Below are positions 59,951 through 64,000 of a stretch of 64,000 nucleotides of DNA, piece after piece (within the stretch, counting starts at the first letter, position 1; every line of letters begins with the position of its first letter). The notes under the pieces were generated by a model that searched no databases, was not told the DNA's origin, and saw nothing but the letters and a program-made list of their open reading frames with translations. Source of the stretch: Podarcis muralis (Eukaryota); contig NC_135658.1 in NCBI RefSeq assembly GCF_964188315.1, forward strand, positions 30,690,001 to 30,754,000, written 5' to 3'. The position numbers and the translations under genes are program-made.

Positions 59951-62918
59951 GTGCTTCAGGATGTTAAGTGGTTGACACTTTTCCAGTGGTCTGATGAAAG
60001 GCACATAATACATACTCACCCTCCTTGAACGTGTCAAAGCCACTTGTATCTTGGCTTTACCTTGGCTTGAAGTTCTAGGGGTTGCAGATTTGGCCCCATG
60101 GGCCTTTCCATTTGGCCATCAAGCCTGTTTCCCCAAAATCATGCCCACTTGTCCCACACCTGCTGTTATATGTCATGTCAAGTGGGGGCTAGTAGAGACA
60201 CAGCTGAATCCTGTGGCTAGAAATGAAGGTTAAGCTTCCTGTGCATCAGCTGATGGGCAGGGTGTTCAGTCCAGCTCAGTTTGTGTTCCAAGTGAGTTAA
60301 CCACAGGGAACTCAACTGGCGCAACCAAACCCTGCAGAACACAGGATTGAACTCCCTGCTCATCAGCTTGATCACTATCTTGCTCCACTCTGGTTAGCCA
60401 ACTTTGAGTATCCATCTCTGAGTATACTGTTCATAAATAGGTTTCACTGTAAGACTGTCAAATTACTCCATGGCTAAGGTGAAATTCTGAACCCAAATCA
60501 TGCAGGCCCACATCTAATTTCTAGTCCAAACTGCTAGGAAAACCCATTGATTACAAATATACATATCAAGCAAATTAATGTTTAGTTGATTCTATGTTAC
60601 CTTTATACATATTTAAAGAAATAGAACTTTATAACAGGGCAAAGGATAAATATTACTAACTGGTAGGTAACACTGCAATGGTAATTTTGAGCTGGATTGT
60701 TTTGGGATTGGTGGGACAGGCCAACTACTGTTGCACGGCTCCTAAGGTAGCAAATTTCCATCTCTCATTGCCTTTCAATTTATGTTCTGTTTTTATGGGT
60801 CACTTTAATACAGTTTAGTCATTGGTGCAGTCTTCTACTGAGTGGATTAATTTGCTAGCGTTAGTTTGGGTGTGCTAAATCTGCCAAGGATTAGATTAGA
60901 TTATTTTAGTGCCTCTTCCAGCCCCATAATTCTGTGTAATTAAAGATATGTACATTTTATAGATGCGCAGGACAGGTTTAAGCATAGCATGAAGCCCCAT
61001 CAATACTATAATTTTCTGAGAGTGCCTCTGAATTAAATTACAAACCTTTTCTGCTTCCTGTGAAAGGGACCTTTTCTGCTTCCTGTGAATGCTTCCTTCA
61101 TAAAACCATAAAAGGACTGTGCAGTTACTGAAAGTTTGTTTTATTAACAAAATGGGGATGGGCTAGATTTCTTTACAGAAAGTGGCTTTGTGGTGTGGAC
61201 AACTTTAATCTTTGTAGCCCAATAGATCCCAGTCCAAATGCAGCCCTGGCTTGCGCTTCTAGTATTAAGTTGGATGTGTTGTTACTCAGATTGGCTATAC
61301 TAGGCAAACATATCTTGCATCATAGATGCACAGGTATGGAGGGATATTACATCTGCCTTACATTTTCATGGTTAGTGATAGATTGTGGGATAATGCTGGA
61401 AGTATGGACTGTTGTGTTTTCTCTAGTTTCTTCTAATGTTCTGTGTTGTAGCCTAGAGAACTTCAATACTTTCTGTTAATTTTTTGTTTGCTAAAAGCTT
61501 GCCCTGCTTTTTTTAATGCAAATATGATTTAGCAGTCTGGAAAAGCAATGCAAGGAATTGCACAGACTGTTCTTTTGGATTTTCCTGTGTTCTGGTTCCA
61601 TGAATCTAGTGAGGTTGTTCTCTGCTATTTTGAAGGGCCTGGTTTTGATTTATCATTTGTTTGTGCATTCTGGTTGTTGCAGGGAATCCTCTGCTCAAAA
61701 TTGTTCCAATGAAGGTGAGAGCACCATCTCCTGGGACAGTAGATTCCATTGTTGAACAGCTTGTATTATCCTGGATTTCTTCTTAATGTTTAGTCAGAAT
61801 CCTCTTTCTTGCTGTATATGTCAATATGCATCTGTCACAACTGTAATGCTGGTTGTGAATAACATTTATAGACAAAATGCATTGTATGTTCCTTAATGTT
61901 TCTGATCCCAACCAACTGCATGAGTTGTGTCTTTAAGCACCTTGCCTATTCCTTCCTTTGGCTGCCTTGATGTGAATGTGTTACTGGTGTTTGTTTGTTT
62001 TTTAATGTACTGCTTGTGGTATCTTGCAAGCAATGTTACTGCTAGAGCAAATAGCAGATCAATCAAGTTTACTGATATTCCAGAATAGATACTACACATT
62101 AGGTGGCTGACCATTTCATAACATTTTTTTTTTTAAAAAAAAAACACCCTGCAGATTTAATAATAGCTTATTGGTGGCTGCAGGCAGCAGGCATCTGAAA
62201 AGCAATTGCTGATGCTTGCTGTAAGCGTGTGGGAGCCTCTGCAAGTTTAATGGTGTGTCCTAAAGTGTCATTTACTGTATTGCTGCTATACACTGAATTA
62301 CGTTTCTGTGCATTCCCATTCTTTTTCTCTCTGTCTTGATATTGAACAAAAAAAGAACAGGACAAATTCAACTCTTAAAACAGTTTGAAACAATTCTGGT
62401 CTCTTGTTGGTAGTTTTTCTATTATATAGGTGTACAGTAACTTGCAGATTTCCAGAATTCGGCTTGCAAGGACGTAAACATAAAAATATGTATTCAAGTT
62501 TGTTAGAACTGTACTTCTTCATTGCTCTTTAATTACAGATACCCCCTTTAATTTATTGAGATTTTATGTACCGTATATAAAATTGGAGGTTTGTAATCCT
62601 GTTGATGAAGGCATGCTTCCCCCAGCTCTGAACCTTGCGGTCAGCATGTTTTGGGCAAGGGGCATTTTTTCTCCCTTCAACTAACTGACTTTTATTGAAA
62701 GAGTCAAAGTTTCCAGTACACCAGGGGTAGTCATTGTGGTGTCCTTCAGATATTGCTGGATTTCAGCTCCCATCAGCTCCTGTGCGTATAGCTCACTGGT
62801 CAGGGATTTGGAAAGTTAAAATCTTTTTCCTGTTCCTGTTGATTGTGTTTTTAAAGAGAAATGTTGCAGTGAATGATAAATTAAGATCAGTTGGAACTGC
62901 CTTTATCCGTTCAACATA

Positions 62919-62950
<32 letters not shown>
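62919..62950. repeat. (TGTC)n microsatellite
   Basis: About 8 perfect units. Confidence 0.95.
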
Positions 62951-62955
<5 letters not shown>

Positions 62956-63711
62956 ATCTCTCTCGGGCTTGTTTGCATTATGATAGGTGTACTCTAACAA
63001 CTTTTGAAGGTTGCCATGTTGGCTGCACCTAAAATATACTGTGCTCACACACCTCTGCTCCAATCCCCTTTGTCCCCAAGGGCTAGAATGGTGGGGCAGC
63101 GTGTTGCACCATCATTGCTGCAATTGTTCTTTCTTGCTCTTCTGTTGCTTCTGTTTAGTCACATCACCTTCCACTGCTTTGCTCTTCCTTGTTTCTCTTC
63201 ATTGTGGCAATAAAGCTAGCACTTGTTTGGATCAGATAAAGGCTCATTTTAAAAGCACAGTGAGAACATTGGATGTTGAAAGCACTTCCTAGATGGACGT
63301 GTGTGTTTAACATTCTGAAAATATATTTGTGTATTATTAACTTCGATGTTTAGTGTATCTCTGGATATTTCCCCATAAGGCCTTTAAAAACACTTTTACA
63401 TTACCAAACTAGTTGTATTTTGCTGTCTTTTTTATATTGGATTGTTGGTTTTAATAATATGGGTTTGTTTTATTGAGAAGTTTTAAATGCTAATACTGTA
63501 TTTTATTGTACTTTATGTGAACTGCATTGGGAAGAATTTTATTCTTGAAAGATGGTATAGAAATGCATTAAATACATTAAAAATTAAAAAAGCATTTCAA
63601 TTCTCCTTGTTTTTATGCCTTACTCTGGTTCTTTAGCTATAGTACAACTGATCGTGATAGTTTGCCTGGATGGTTCTAAGTTGTCTTATATACTTGTTTT
63701 TAAAAATTAAT

Positions 63712-64000
63712 ATTTATTTATTTATTTATTAAATTTGCATACTGCCCTTCATCCATATATCCCAGGGCAGTTCACAATGTAAAAATACAATATAAAAACA
63801 CAAAATGCATGATATAAACAAGAAAGATAAAACACAAACAAGTTACCCCCTCTCCCTCCCACAAACATATTTAAAAGGGGTATAAGATGTTAATTAGCCA
63901 AAGGCCTGTTGAACAGAAACGTTTCTACATGGCGTCTAAAGGTGTATAATGAAGGCGCCTGCTGAACCTCCCTTGGGAGAGCATTCCACAAGTGCGGAAC
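63712..64000 (-). mobile_element. L2-type 3' end with (AAAT)n tail, continuing beyond the window
   Basis: (ATTT)n, then ACTGCCCTTCATCC...GGGCAGTTCACA, and GGGAGAGCATTCCAC (minus strand: WNALP). Confidence 0.8.

Overview
This is vertebrate genomic DNA, most likely from a squamate. The Sauria SINEs, a MIR-like CORE-SINE, CR1/L2/L1/Penelope retroelements and the MITE families point to a lizard, possibly a lacertid (inference). It is not prokaryotic: there are no operons, CRISPR arrays or rRNA/tRNA genes, and nearly all short ORFs in the track are chance or repeat-derived. The layout is about 35 kb of TE-rich intergenic DNA, then a CpG-island promoter (~34.9-36.36 kb) with E-box and E2F sites. 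A probable first coding exon on the + strand (36004-36073) encodes a signal-peptide-like MTCKGSSGWGLWVAPLAALLSLR followed by a GTAAG donor. After a 138-N gap comes what appears to be more than 27 kb of first intron. I could not identify the gene. The only long real ORF is a 5'-truncated but uninterrupted CR1 ORF2 (821 aa, minus strand) that has an in-frame flanking ATG. The observations most worth follow-up are a Penelope-type minimal hammerhead ribozyme, that CR1 RT ORF near the CpG island, CR1-tailed SINEs with different tRNA heads, a SINE interrupted three times, a 45-bp target-site duplication, and two perfect palindromes. I found no demonstrably new biological system; all assignments were made by eye without database searches.
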